DNA of 49,254 bases, counting the filler, from Catajapyx aquilonaris (lineage: Eukaryota): NCBI GenBank assembly GCA_000934665.2. It is 3 parts of 3 records of this genome, joined end to end, with 100 filler letters (N's around TTAATTAATTAA, not from the genome) between each part and the next. Parts side by side here need not be neighbours in the genome. Positions count along the whole stretch, not along the records: positions 16,529 to 32,851 come from JYFJ02007235.1; positions 32,952 to 49,254 come from JYFJ02007236.1; 1 more part is not named here. The stretch is one strand, 5' to 3'. The position numbers and the translations under genes are program-made. A model generated the notes under the pieces. It had not been told where the DNA came from. It ran no database searches and was given only the letters and a program-made list of their open reading frames with translations. Positions 25,849-37,112 of this stretch are shown here, piece by piece (position 1 is the first letter of the stretch; each line of letters opens with the position of its first letter).

Positions 25849-27877
25849 ATACTGTATAATTTTAAAAGTATAGACATCAATGTCATCAACATCATATACC
25901 AGCAATACAGAACTGTCCAGTATTTGACAGAATCATCCCAAGTTAAAGCTGGTTTTGACATGAAAGCCTGATACATTTACTTCGAAGGAGGATCCCCATC
26001 AAATAAAAAGATGGGAAAAGGGATTTTGTTAGAAGCGGACATCTCTCCCCAAAAACAGATATGAGGCGGATGACGATCCCCCTTTTGGGTAGCCCCTTGG
26101 CAAATTGGGCCTCGAGCTGGCCTTATCACCATTCTCTGCGGGTATGGCTTTGGGGTGGGTGGGTTTCAGCTAAAAAAAAAAAAAAAAATGAAACCAGCTG
26201 CAGGCGACAGCAACCAGCTTGCTGTTGTTAAAAAATGGAACATGCTGGACTCCCTTTGGAGAAAAGTATATATCTTTTAGGGTCCATATTCCAATCAATA
26301 ACTTTGCCCTCTTTTTTGGGCTTCGACATCCTCTCAGTTCTATTGACTCAGACCAACATGCCTTTTCCTAGTGGTATCGGTCGGATGCACTTTGCTCAAT
26401 TGAAGGTGTCTTTGTTGTATTTTCTTGGGTTGGTGTTGGATTCGGTGTCGTTACTTTGTGTAGGAGGTAGGGATAAGCTGAGTTGTCAATGAGCATTTGT
26501 CCCACACTCAGAATCAGGGCTGCACTATTTTATGTCATTCATTGCATATTGAACAACATCTATACTGAAGAGGTCATCTAACTAAATGTGACACCTGACA
26601 TGCCGCAAGAGGCAGATTGAATGACATTTCCTTGAATCACATGATATATTCAATCCTGTTATCCTTTTCCTTCTGAAATGGGATCTTTTCGAGTATTTCG
26701 AAAAGATCCCATTCGAAAGTCTCTTTTCCGCATTTCTTTCAGCTTTCAGTCTTTCTATGTTTCTGGTTTCAAAGCCTCTGTGGATATTGTAGGTTAAAGG
26801 GATCATCGAATATCAGGTTTACAAGACGGATGGAAGAACCACAAGATTCCCTATACTTCCATATGTTTTTGCTAAATATAAGTGCCAAATTTTTGTTTCA
26901 CATTGTTCCAAATAAGGCTAGTCGAGATAAGCAAAAGGCAATCATCAAAACTGGTTTAATTGCGTTACAAGGATCCTCCTTGGGGATGACTCCAAGCTTG
27001 TGGCACATGCTCCAGCTAAAGTGCCATCCGTTATAATTAGGTCGGGCAGGAAATCCCAAGTAGCACCATCTGGGGGGACGCCTATTCGCAAATTAATCAT
27101 GGCCTGTAAGAAACCACACCTCAAACAAGGTAGAGGAGCAAGGTAAATTCGGACTCATCGGACGACCACTGGGATTTGTCTCAATCAGGTTGATTCAGCC
27201 AAACTGGATTGAAATGTATAACTCCCGTAAAGGTTGACCCAATGAGTATCAACGGATGAATACCTATGGGATATAATGTGCTGATGAGGTCAACACCATT
27301 TTAAATTAATTGCACCTGTGTACATTTTTTTCCCATACTTTCTGGTTACAGTACATATGTACTGTAACGTCCCTGACCCTTATGGATCCATTGACCTGTC
27401 TTTCAACTCGACCGTTACACGATATTCCACAATAGCTGAGATTAAAAGCTTGCACTTAGATCACTTTGGATCTTCCTTTTCTTTGCTGCCCTATAGTAAA
27501 AAAGGCACTTCGCTTTTTTTTTTTCTGGAAGTAACTTTATGTGCGCGTTTCTTTTGAAGCCCATCGTTTGTTGACGATGGAGTATTGAGAAGATTCAATT
27601 GAAAGAATAGCGTAGGCGCTTCGAACATGGAGATGGTCGACCACAAAAGAGCGTGATTGAAAGTCTTCTTTCATGCAAAATGCAAATTATTCTTTTTGAT
27701 AGGTTGCCCTCAACAAAAGGTAATTCAGGGGTAAGAAACTTCTTGCAAAATTCTTTGACAAAAAGGAGGGCATTTTTACCCCATATTCTATAGAAAAATA
27801 GCAATATCGAGCCAAAATTATACGTACAAAAATTAACTAATGTTAATATTACGATTCTGTACTGTTATATATTAATA

Positions 27878-28183
27878 CTAGCAATGCTGCGGCACCCGGC
27901 GTTGCCCGGTAAGAAATGAATGAAGGGAAAACACCTGTAGCCCCGTCAACTGTCTGTCGTTCTGTGTGTCCGCCTACCAATCCATCTGTGGTCCTCCTAC
28001 TCCAAAACCTTCAACCTCTCCCGCCTGTATAACGGCAGCCATCATTTGCCTGCCATCTGTAGTGAACCCCCAACACCTCCGTCCTCTCCCGCCCTGGGAG
28101 TGGAGCACAGATGGCAGGCAAATGACGGTTGGCAGGCGGACAGACAGACAGACAGACAGACATAGCGGCTTTATTTATATAGA
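27878..28183 (-). mobile_element. Non-autonomous Helitron
   Basis: Minus strand A|TCTATATAAATAAAG...(TGTC)n...ccgggcaacgccgggt hairpin...CTAG|T; no TSD. Confidence 0.85.
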
Positions 28184-29697
28184 TTGTAACAATAGCGCAA
28201 AATCTATGCCATTATGGATGCCATTACGTTCGGCAGATGGTATAATTGCGGCTCTTTAAGATCAAGTAAGTGCTGGGTAATTGCCTTGACAACTACGGAA
28301 CTGGAATGAAACGCACCCGACAACCTCAAACAATTAGAATTCATTAACATGCAAGCCCTTGTGTCATTTTAACAAAGAGGTTCTGACACTCAGCATATCC
28401 TTTATCTAATATTTAAAGTTGCACCTGCAACGTTACAATGTCGTTTCAAATACGGTGTACATCACTTCACCAATTGGTTAATATTAGTAGCTTATTACAA
28501 TAATTAGTTTAGAAAATACTCTTTTAAATATATTGATTTTTTTTAAAAAAATGTAATGACAAATGCCATTTTCAGCAACATTATCCAACCTCGAAATTAA
28601 AACCAAGTTGCAATCCACAACCGGCAAAGCATGACCATATAGCCGAGAGGTCAGTGGTAATGCAGTGGAAAATCACAACGGTCCCGTTCCCATAATGGAA
28701 AAAGCTGACAAACCATAAACAAAAAAATTAAAGAGTTGCCAACACGCTCCCAAAAACCCACACCCACACAACTTTCACCCAAACCCCACCAAAATCCCCA
28801 CAGCAACTTCCCATTGTTTTTGACTACCATTGCAGATGAGAGGCGTTAATAAATCGGATGCCAATTGAACAAACTTGGGTTGGAAACACCTCCCACGAGC
28901 TCATTTTGCTGAAAATGCATAATATCCCCCCCCCTCTTTCCAAAAGCTATTCTCCCCCCGCCCTCACAGATTTCACTTCCTTATCTAGGAACTCATTTAG
29001 AGTTATGGCGCTTGACGATTTCGCAGGAAACGGAGGACATAGCAACAGTAGGAGAAACAGTCAAGCATACTTGAATGGGATGAAACTATAGTCTGAGAAT
29101 TACACCGCAATGCAGGTATTACTATTACACACAAAATGTATAGGAACCCAGGTGACTTTCAAGCAAAAGAAATTCCTTTGTGTCAAAGAAATCGTCTGTT
29201 ATATGATCTCAACAGTAAGAATTCTTTTCTCTGTCCGGTGCTTTGTCAGAAATTCCCAAAATGCAATTTGAGTGTCTGACAGCCAATATGCTTGTATAGG
29301 ATTTTTTTTTTTTTGTTAAGGAATGACAGGATGACCTTTTGGATGTCAATTACCTAGCGCACAGTTTTTGAAATCAATAAGGTCGTTTTTCATAGTCAGA
29401 TTGACACATTTAAGGGTCAATGCTTCGAAAATACTTCCCCCTCAGGGGTGACATATTTCACAGGCTTCTTTCAGTTCAATAACCTTTGGGTATATATCAG
29501 TCAGATTTATTTTTGTCATACTGAGAATTTCTAATTAATAACTAATTTAATTTTTGAACGTTTTCTAGAAGCACCAATAGAGGCCGCAACATACCTGAAT
29601 TAACACCTGTTTGTATCTGCACTGTGACGCCATCTACATGTTCAATTCAAAACAACCCTGTTGTTCTGTAAAGGAAGCAGTTAGTACTAGTGCATCA

Positions 29698-29777
29698 TCA
29701 GTGACTGTAGTGTTAAACCCCAACTACTCACATAATTACATTCCTCCCAAAAGCTGTTGGAAAACTAGATTAAAAAG
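29698..29777 (+). promoter_or_regulatory. Putative TSS and non-coding first exon of the cRHIM gene
   Basis: Initiator-like TCAGT at 29698; strong donor AAG|GTAAGT at 29777/29778; acceptor before the ATG exon at 31551. Confidence 0.5.
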
Positions 29778-29887
29778 GTAAGTAAAGACGCATTATTTTG
29801 CGCATTTTCGGTATTGGTAGGTTTTTTTGGGCATAACTTTAACCTTAGAAAAGTTGCACGCACATTTTTTTTGCTACCTTGCAGCAC

Positions 29888-30033
29888 GGGTTTTTCCGCG
29901 CGTCAGCAACTTAATGCCTGAGGGTATGTAATTTCAATGGCTATATCATGAAATGTGGTTTTACGGATTCTAAGCATCCATGGTTTGCCACATATTCGAT
30001 TGATTGTACACAAAAACAGGAGTGGGAAATTCC
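29888..30033. promoter_or_regulatory. kappaB-like sites
   Basis: GGGTTTTTCC at 29888-29897 and GGGAAATTCC at 30024-30033. Confidence 0.4.
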
Positions 30034-31584
30034 AAATGACCTCTTTAAAGTGTGAAAGTTGTAAGACGGGTTCAACAGACAGTTTTTTTAGGTGGTAATT
30101 CTAGGAACCGTGTAATTTGCATACCTAACATGCAGTACTGCCGGTACCAATAAGGATTAGAAAAATCTTGACCTTTACTAATGCCAGTCATTCTAGTATG
30201 AGAAGCACGTAATCAAACATGGCGCTGAAATCAGTCACTAAAAAGTACGATGTTAATTGCTAGCTTACGACATATACATTACTTGAGATAGTCAATCAGT
30301 GTGGCGTTTTCATATGAATTTTTGATTAAGGTCACAAAGTTGAATTTAGAATACCTTCCGCCTCTTGCAAACTAAAAATTCAGAAGGTCATTTCATTTTA
30401 GAATGGAAATGACCCTGGTTTTGTTACAGTCCTTCAGCATCTCCTGGAAAAGTCATTACGAAAGAGTAACATCGATGGCAATGTCCAACCCAAGACAGCC
30501 TCTCGGAGGGCAATTACATTGTTCTGAGAGTGGAAAAAATGGAGAATCTACTAATGTGAGGCTCCTAATGGGTCACGTGTGTAAAATGTCCTACGTTGTG
30601 TCGCGATGGTACGCTGATGCACATGATATGCTTTCATGTGAAATTTTTTCAGTGCATTTAATTTATCCGACCGACCTTGACTTGATCAGTATAGTATTAA
30701 TTAGTACATTCCACATGCATTTTTTCAGTAGTTTGTGTTAACGATGAATACGTGATATGCATATTTTACCTCAATTATTCGTGCTACAGTTTTCATATTT
30801 TTGGTCTGCTGATTGTAGTGTTCTACATTCGAAGGATTTCTTATCGAGACCAAACAGTACGATAAACTGGGCGGTTTGTTGTTGGTTGTAAATGAGATTA
30901 ACAAACCAGGAAAAGTTGAAAAATATTGTTCAGCATAATTTTTGCAACGGATCCGCATGTTTTTAAAAGCTACAAGCTTGTTTTTGTACATACTGAACGT
31001 GCATATACATTTTGTAATGCAATGATGTAATGCTGCAGTAACGCAGTACATCCCCATTTAAAAAATATAGCATGAAAATAATTACATAACGTACTGTGAA
31101 TCTCAAACTTATTTTCCCCGATCTTTCGAGAAAAGCGATGGAGTCTTCGGGCAATATTTAAACGAAAAACGAGCTTTTAACGTCCTGACCTGACGGAAAA
31201 GGGCGTGTCCTGCACTTTTCTGTCGATTATGCATACAGTCCTTCAGAAGTGCAAAGCCCTACGTGAATCATTGACTTCCTCGCCCATAACTTCTCTTTTT
31301 GTACCTAAATATCAAGAAACATACTTAAATGCGAAGAAAAATTTTGTAAGAAAAAAATGGTGGTAACCCACCCCCCTAAAAGAGCTCTGTTCCCTCTAAT
31401 GGAATAAAGCTTTAAAAAATGATGATGATAATAATAATAATAAATCAAGATACTGAGCCTCCTCATTACAACCATTTAAAATTAATTAAATAATTAAATC
31501 AACGTTCATGCAAAAGTACAGTAGTAATTAGCACTTAACTCTCTATTTCAGACATTCTAAGAATGGGCTAGACGCAACATATTT

Positions 31585-31932
31585 ATGATGAACGGACTAG
31601 ATGACCTTCTGAATGCCGTGGAAACGGTGGTAACAGACAGCTGTCCAATCAGCTGTCCTAAGATCAGCGTAACACGACCTGAAGTCGAGGAGGAAGAAGA
31701 AGAGGATGACGAAGAAGTGGAGGATGTACCCAGTGACAATGAGGATGACTCTTGCAAGACATGGGATCAAACAGGTCTCCAGGCTGGTAGCATCAACATT
31801 GCCGATTCGTCTCGTGTCCACGTGGGAAACCAATTGCATGACCACCGTCAATTTCATGTTGGAAAGACCAACACGGTCACACATCACGTGATAGATATGC
31901 GAAGAATTAATGTCCAGTACCATCGTAGTGAG
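31585..31932 (+). CDS. Coding exon 1 of a putative NLR-like protein: acidic tract plus cRHIM-like motif
   Basis: Acceptor ctctatttcag (31551), ATG at 31585, 116 codons, phase-0 donor GAG|GTAGGT; contains GSINIADSSRVHVGNQLH. Confidence 0.75.
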
Positions 31933-32638
31933 GTAGGTCGTGACGCAATTTTATTTTTTATTTTTTTGCCAACATGTGAATCCAAGGTTGGAAGCACCTT
32001 TTTCCCTCTTTTATCTGTTTTTTTTTTGCGGAGTTGACGTAAACAGGTACATCTGGTGCATTGTGATTGATTTGGCTGATATGCTGCCAGCATTGTTATG
32101 GCGGATGTTGCCAAGTTAGGCACTTTCAGGATCTTCTTCCTTCTCAAAACTTGTTCATGGGCGCTTTCTCATTGTGGCAAAGAGCTTCAGGGACTTGTCA
32201 TAAAACGTGTCACGCAGTAGATTTACGAGTATGGCGTAGTAGACGCCAGGTAGACACACAATGAGGCGAATGGGTGTTCCGTCTGACAGAATCAAAATGG
32301 GAAGGGAAGTCTATTGAAATTCGAGCTATAGCCCCCCTCTCGTCATGGCGAAATCGAGGTTTCTAAAGCGCAGACACGAGTTAGGTCAATCACGTTTCTG
32401 GCTTAATGACTGTTAACACTGGTGGTAATGAATAGGCGTCTCTGTTTCTCGCGTAAATATTCATGGCATCGTGCATTGTGTGGGTTGCACCTGAACGACA
32501 AGATTGGCATATGGTTGTATCATGAGACTGATTGCCACAATAGAAGTCCATATTGTAATAACGGGATGTGTATGACACCTGTACAGATGATAGGGAGCAT
32601 GGTCATGGTCACTACTAACAAATCACTTTTGCTTTCAG

Positions 32639-32851
32639 CTTGACCATCCACAACCTAATGCAGTAAAATTAAAGCAGGAGGAAGATGTGGAACATGTGCG
32701 TAAAGTGGAGCAGTTTCTGCGTAATTTGTATAAGTCGTGTCTAAGCTTGACCACTCCGCTGCCATGGTGCAAGGACTTCACTCTTCATTTAGAAGAGTTT
32801 TATGTGTCACTGCAAATCATACGAACCACAAGAAGAGGGCATTACAGCACC
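32639..32851 (+). CDS. Coding exon 2 (truncated by contig end): pre-NACHT-like segment
   Basis: Branch point ctaac and acceptor ttttgctttcag, phase 0 in frame with exon 1; LRNLYKSC...PLPWCKDFTLHLEEFYVSLQII. Confidence 0.75.
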
Positions 32852-32951
32852 NNNNNNNNNNNNNNNNNNNNNNNNNNNNNNNNNNNNNNNNNNNNTTAAT
32901 TAATTAANNNNNNNNNNNNNNNNNNNNNNNNNNNNNNNNNNNNNNNNNNNN
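32852..32951. other. Artificial contig linker
   Basis: 44 N + TTAATTAATTAA + 44 N. Confidence 0.97.
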
Positions 32952-33044
32952 AAAAATTATTAGCATAGGACCAAACAAAACTCCATGCAAAGTTTGGTGC
33001 TTTTGTCCAACTTGTCCCCTTCATCTCGCTAAGAGCCCCCACTA
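32952..33044. mobile_element. Terminus of an Academ-like element
   Basis: Reverse complement TAGTGGGG...ggacaaaagcaccaaact resembles the TIR starts at 8183 and 38073. Confidence 0.45.
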
Positions 33045-33520
33045 GTAGCCAAAATTTGGCAAAACCTGCAATGAGGAAGACAATGGTAATGAAAAAATTG
33101 AATGAGAGGGCTCGCGGAGTGACAACTAAGAAATAGAGTATAGCTGGTCGTAAGACGGGGTTGAGAAATTGAGTGGCATTGACTCAATGGACATGGGCTA
33201 CTGTACACGTCCTGAATCGGACGTGAGAGAAGTTTTCATAAAACCTCCCGATATACAACATTGTGTGCAAACACTCTGTTGTTGGAGAGCAATGTTCCGT
33301 GTTGAGCAGTAGGAGTAGTGAACTTTGACCTGACTTGGGTTGCGAGACCGGGACAGTGCCACATGCAGCTGGCCATGATTGGGAGAAGACAGGTTCATCC
33401 AGGGAAATGATAACGTGCTGATCTGGCCGGGCGAGTTATTGTTGATCGCCATGGCATATAGGCTGGGATGACATTATGTAAATGAACATGTATAAGACTT
33501 TTGGATCCGGATCCAGCAGG

Positions 33521-33668
33521 CAAGTGGGTAATCACTTCGGTAATCCGGTGTACACCTGGGAGTGGTACTCCCTGGTACTCCTCAGGCACCTCACTCTTTA
33601 TTACTCCGTGGTACTCCTTGAATTTGGTACTCCAGTGTACACTTTTCAGTCGAGTGATTACCCCCTTG
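33521..33668. mobile_element. hAT-type MITE, 148 bp
   Basis: 8-bp TSD CCAGCAGG at 33513-33520 and 33669-33676; TIR caagtgggtaatcact / agtgattacccccttg. Confidence 0.8.
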
Positions 33669-33812
33669 CCAGCAGGCTATGATTAAGGCTAATAATAATA
33701 GCTGATAATAGCTGATACGGGCATATTTGAGTGACAACATGAAGGATGGAGCGAGTTGCCCTTTGTGTAGGTAATAATGCTGTATGGCTTTATGATACTG
33801 TCATCTGTCATT

Positions 33813-34077
33813 GGGCGACACGGTGGCGGAGTGGTTAGCGCCGCAGCCTTTCACCTCTAAGGTCCCGAGTTCGATCCCCGGATCGGACAGAGTATATGCT
33901 TATGTGGATATAGTTTCGATGGTTCTCTCCGTGTTCGCGTGGGTTTTCTCGGGGGTTCTCCCGCTTCCTCTCACAATCAAAATCCATCACAGCAAAGGCA
34001 ATGATTAAAGTCGGTCAATTAAAAGATGGTCCCCTAAAAAGCTGAAGGAGGCTTATCACGGGGTATCCATTATCTCC
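33813..34077 (+). mobile_element. tRNA-derived SINE family C with V-SINE-like central domain
   Basis: A box gtggcggagtggtt, B box gagttcgatccc; core ccgtgttcgcgtgggttttctcgggggttctcccgcttcctctcaca; flanking repeat actgtcatctgt. Confidence 0.8.
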
Positions 34078-34977
34078 ACTGTCATCTGTTGTGGCCCCGC
34101 CAGGCAGGGTTCGTCGCCCTGCAGGATATTTTTAGGTAATGCGGAGAGGAAGCGGAGCGGGGCGATTATTGTGGGTTTCGTATCCGCAACATTTACGGTA
34201 CTGTCCGTCTTGTGGCGGCGGAGGCCAACGGACGTTATTGTGGCTTTACCAACCTCCAATCCCCTGCTGATCCCACCGCTGATATCTTGTTTGCTTGCTC
34301 CGGGAGGTTCATGTTACGCCGCCAAATAAGTCGCAATGGTTTACTCTAAGCTAAGCTATATCCGCTGAAAATCATAAAAGATGCTACGCGTAGATCCGGA
34401 TCCAAGATGGCGGCATAGTTAGAAAGTGGGCCTGCAAGTAGCAGCGTATATGACAGCGTTCTGAATATTCTGAGGCTCAGATTGAATCAGTTGGCAGACC
34501 TGTATTGCCGGGAAAGGAAATAGGTGGCGGTTAGGACTTTTGGCGGGAAGGGAAAGGGGCGGCCTGAAGAATTAGTACCGTACTGACCAAAAGGTGGCAG
34601 CACTCCCTTGGCCGCCGCGGGAGTGCTGCCACCTTTTTCGTCACGGCATTACTTCTTCAGGCAGCAACATCTGGAGCGTTCCCGTCGAGAGTTCCAGACA
34701 AGGCTATTATTATGGGGAATTGCACCTCTAAGTTCGTGATCTGCCATTTGATCTTGCATAAATCATACTTGAAAACTTGAATAACTTGGCAGGAAAACAA
34801 GTTAGAGAGACGTGGTTTGTGCTGTGCCCGTGGATATATCTTGAAAAGGCCCGTCCAATTGTGACCTACAAGTAAAAACCCAGTAGGCCTATCTTGAGTT
34901 ACACGATTTTTACATGGGGCTCCAGCAGTTGGTCCTTCTCGCACCCCATACAGGGCGTGATGAATGTTTTCTTTTTA

Positions 34978-35261
34978 ACCGAAGCAGTTTGGAGTAGGGG
35001 ATACGGTGTCCGACTGCTAATCGGGAGGTCCTGGGATCAAATCCCGGGGCCGGCAACTCTGACCGTGGTTTTCTGTGGCTTCCCACGGTCCTTCCAGGAA
35101 AATTCCGGAGTTGTTTCCGTAATTAACAGGCCACAGCCGCTTCCTTCCGTCCCTATCCCATCCCAAAAAGTGCAGTAAATTGAAAGCAAAGCGTTCCAGG
35201 CAAAAGAAAACTTCCCCCCTAAAGAGCCGAAAAAGGCTGATAACGGGGTATGAATTATTAT
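34978..35261 (+). mobile_element. SINE family B
   Basis: Colinear with the 25542 copy; flanking repeat tgaat(g/a)ttttcttttt. Confidence 0.85.
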
Positions 35262-35327
35262 TGAATATTTTCTTTTTTCTTTTTTTCTTTTAACAATTTA
35301 ACTGTTTTTCAGATCTAACTGTTGATA

Positions 35328-36664
35328 AGGTAAGTCGGGGGAAGATGCCGCACAGGGGAAGACGCCCCAATCTTTCTCATTCTCCGTGTGACTGAGATGT
35401 GACGAATATCTCCCGATGCCCCATAACCATGAGATGGAGTCAGCAAGATCAATTAAACCGGTCCAATATCGAAAAATGGTGAAAACTGCCTTCATTTGAC
35501 CACGTCATCTAAGAGACAAAAATAATAAACTCGTTTCAAGCTCCAGGGCAGCCCCCGGACACTCATACTACCTTCTGATGTTATCACCTGCCGACGCGTT
35601 TTGCAGAAGGTGCTCACTTGAGAGCGCCATGAGACATTTCACTCTCCGAATATGTGGCGACCCTACCGGACTAGGCTGAACTTTATAGGTACAAAAGGGA
35701 AGCGCTACATCCGGGCACAAAATGGCCCCCGGCGACAATGTTAGGTCCACCGGGTCCACCAATGTAGCGCTTCCCTTTTGTACCTATAAAGTTCAGCCTA
35801 GTCCGGTAGGGTCGCCACTTATCCGGAGAGTGAAATGTCTCATGGCGCTCTCAAGTGAGCACCTTCTGCAAAACGCGTCGGCAGGGGGTAGGTGGGAGTG
35901 TCCAGACCTTATCTTCTATGACCGTGCTCCAGGGAGGGAACATCAGGCTTGATAAAATTATTTAAATTTGTTCCCTTGTCGCAATGGGATGTGAGTAGTA
36001 ACGTGGTAGGCTGAATGGCAAGAGTGTCGGTTAAAAAGGTACGACGCAATAATTTTTCGATTTATACCCCTGATATTGGGGCAAGATGATTGTATGCCGC
36101 ATGTGGGCTGGGGAAAGATGTCAATAATAATCGGTTATTAACGTAGGGGCAGGATGCACTGCCTTGGTGAAGCCAATGAACTTAATTGAAATAATTAGCT
36201 GCAAGATCGCTTTGACACTTCGAGGATCACGGTGTCATAAACTGCCGAACAAGGCCTGCAACATAGCCAAAACTGTATTACAACTTAACAACAATAAGAT
36301 ATCAAAAATTCTGGCAAAGAAGAAACGAAAGGCGTCCATTCCGTCACTTATGAACTGCCTGACTGTATAGGACTGTGAAAAAAAATAAGAAAGCACAACA
36401 GAATTGAATCTTTCCCCAGTATAGTTCCTCTATTGCGACCAATGGCTCTTACCCGGAATGGCATGGAGGAAGACGCCCCATTTGCAGAGTCATCTTAGAA
36501 TATTAATAAATAACATTTCCATTTTCCTTCATATACTTATATGGGGGGGGGGGAGCAAAGGTTTCATACAAGATATTTCCATTGGTGGTATTGAAATTGA
36601 TTCATTAGGTTTGCTTAGGCACCACTGTAAGTGCTTAACTGCAGCGTCTTCCCCCGACTTACCT
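35328..36664. mobile_element. pogo/Tc1-like non-autonomous DNA element
   Basis: TA-flanked TIR AGGTAAGTCGGGGGAAGA / TCTTCCCCCGACTTACCT; internal gggNaagatg and gaagacgcccca repeats. Confidence 0.75.
35549..35926. mobile_element. Foldback insertion nested in the pogo-like element
   Basis: 8-bp direct repeat CTCCAGGG at 35541-35548 and 35927-35934; near-perfect arms of about 125 bp at 35587-35710 / 35762-35885. Confidence 0.7.
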
Positions 36665-37112
36665 TATCATTTTATTTAAACTTTAAATTCGTATCAGCAG
36701 CCATTTTATTATTAAGATTGTCCACATGAAAAGGTGACGATCATTGTACCATTCACCCTCGGCCTGACGCCTGAAACAAAGAAGCCGAGTGTGCCAATTT
36801 GTCATTAGTATCCATATGCAACTTCACCGAAGTATAATATGAATAAAAAATAAAAATAAAAAATCCATAATTTATTGTGAAATACTTGCCCTCAAGTATT
36901 CAGCTCACGAATATACCTGTAATAGCCAACAAAGTTGCGTTTATTAGATAAAATATATTCCTATAGACGCCTACAAGATACTCGTATGTAATTTCCCAGT
37001 TTTGCTTCAGGTAGGGCAATTCCTTACTTGGCCGAAAGACAATTCAATGGTAAAAGTTGGGAACTTTCATTGTAACCTGATATTTAGGCCTTCATTTTTA
37101 TTGTCGATATAT

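Noticed and set aside
34585..34644. GC-rich hairpin followed by a T run, like a rho-independent terminator
   Set aside because: Eukaryotic, MITE-rich context; more likely a small palindromic repeat remnant.
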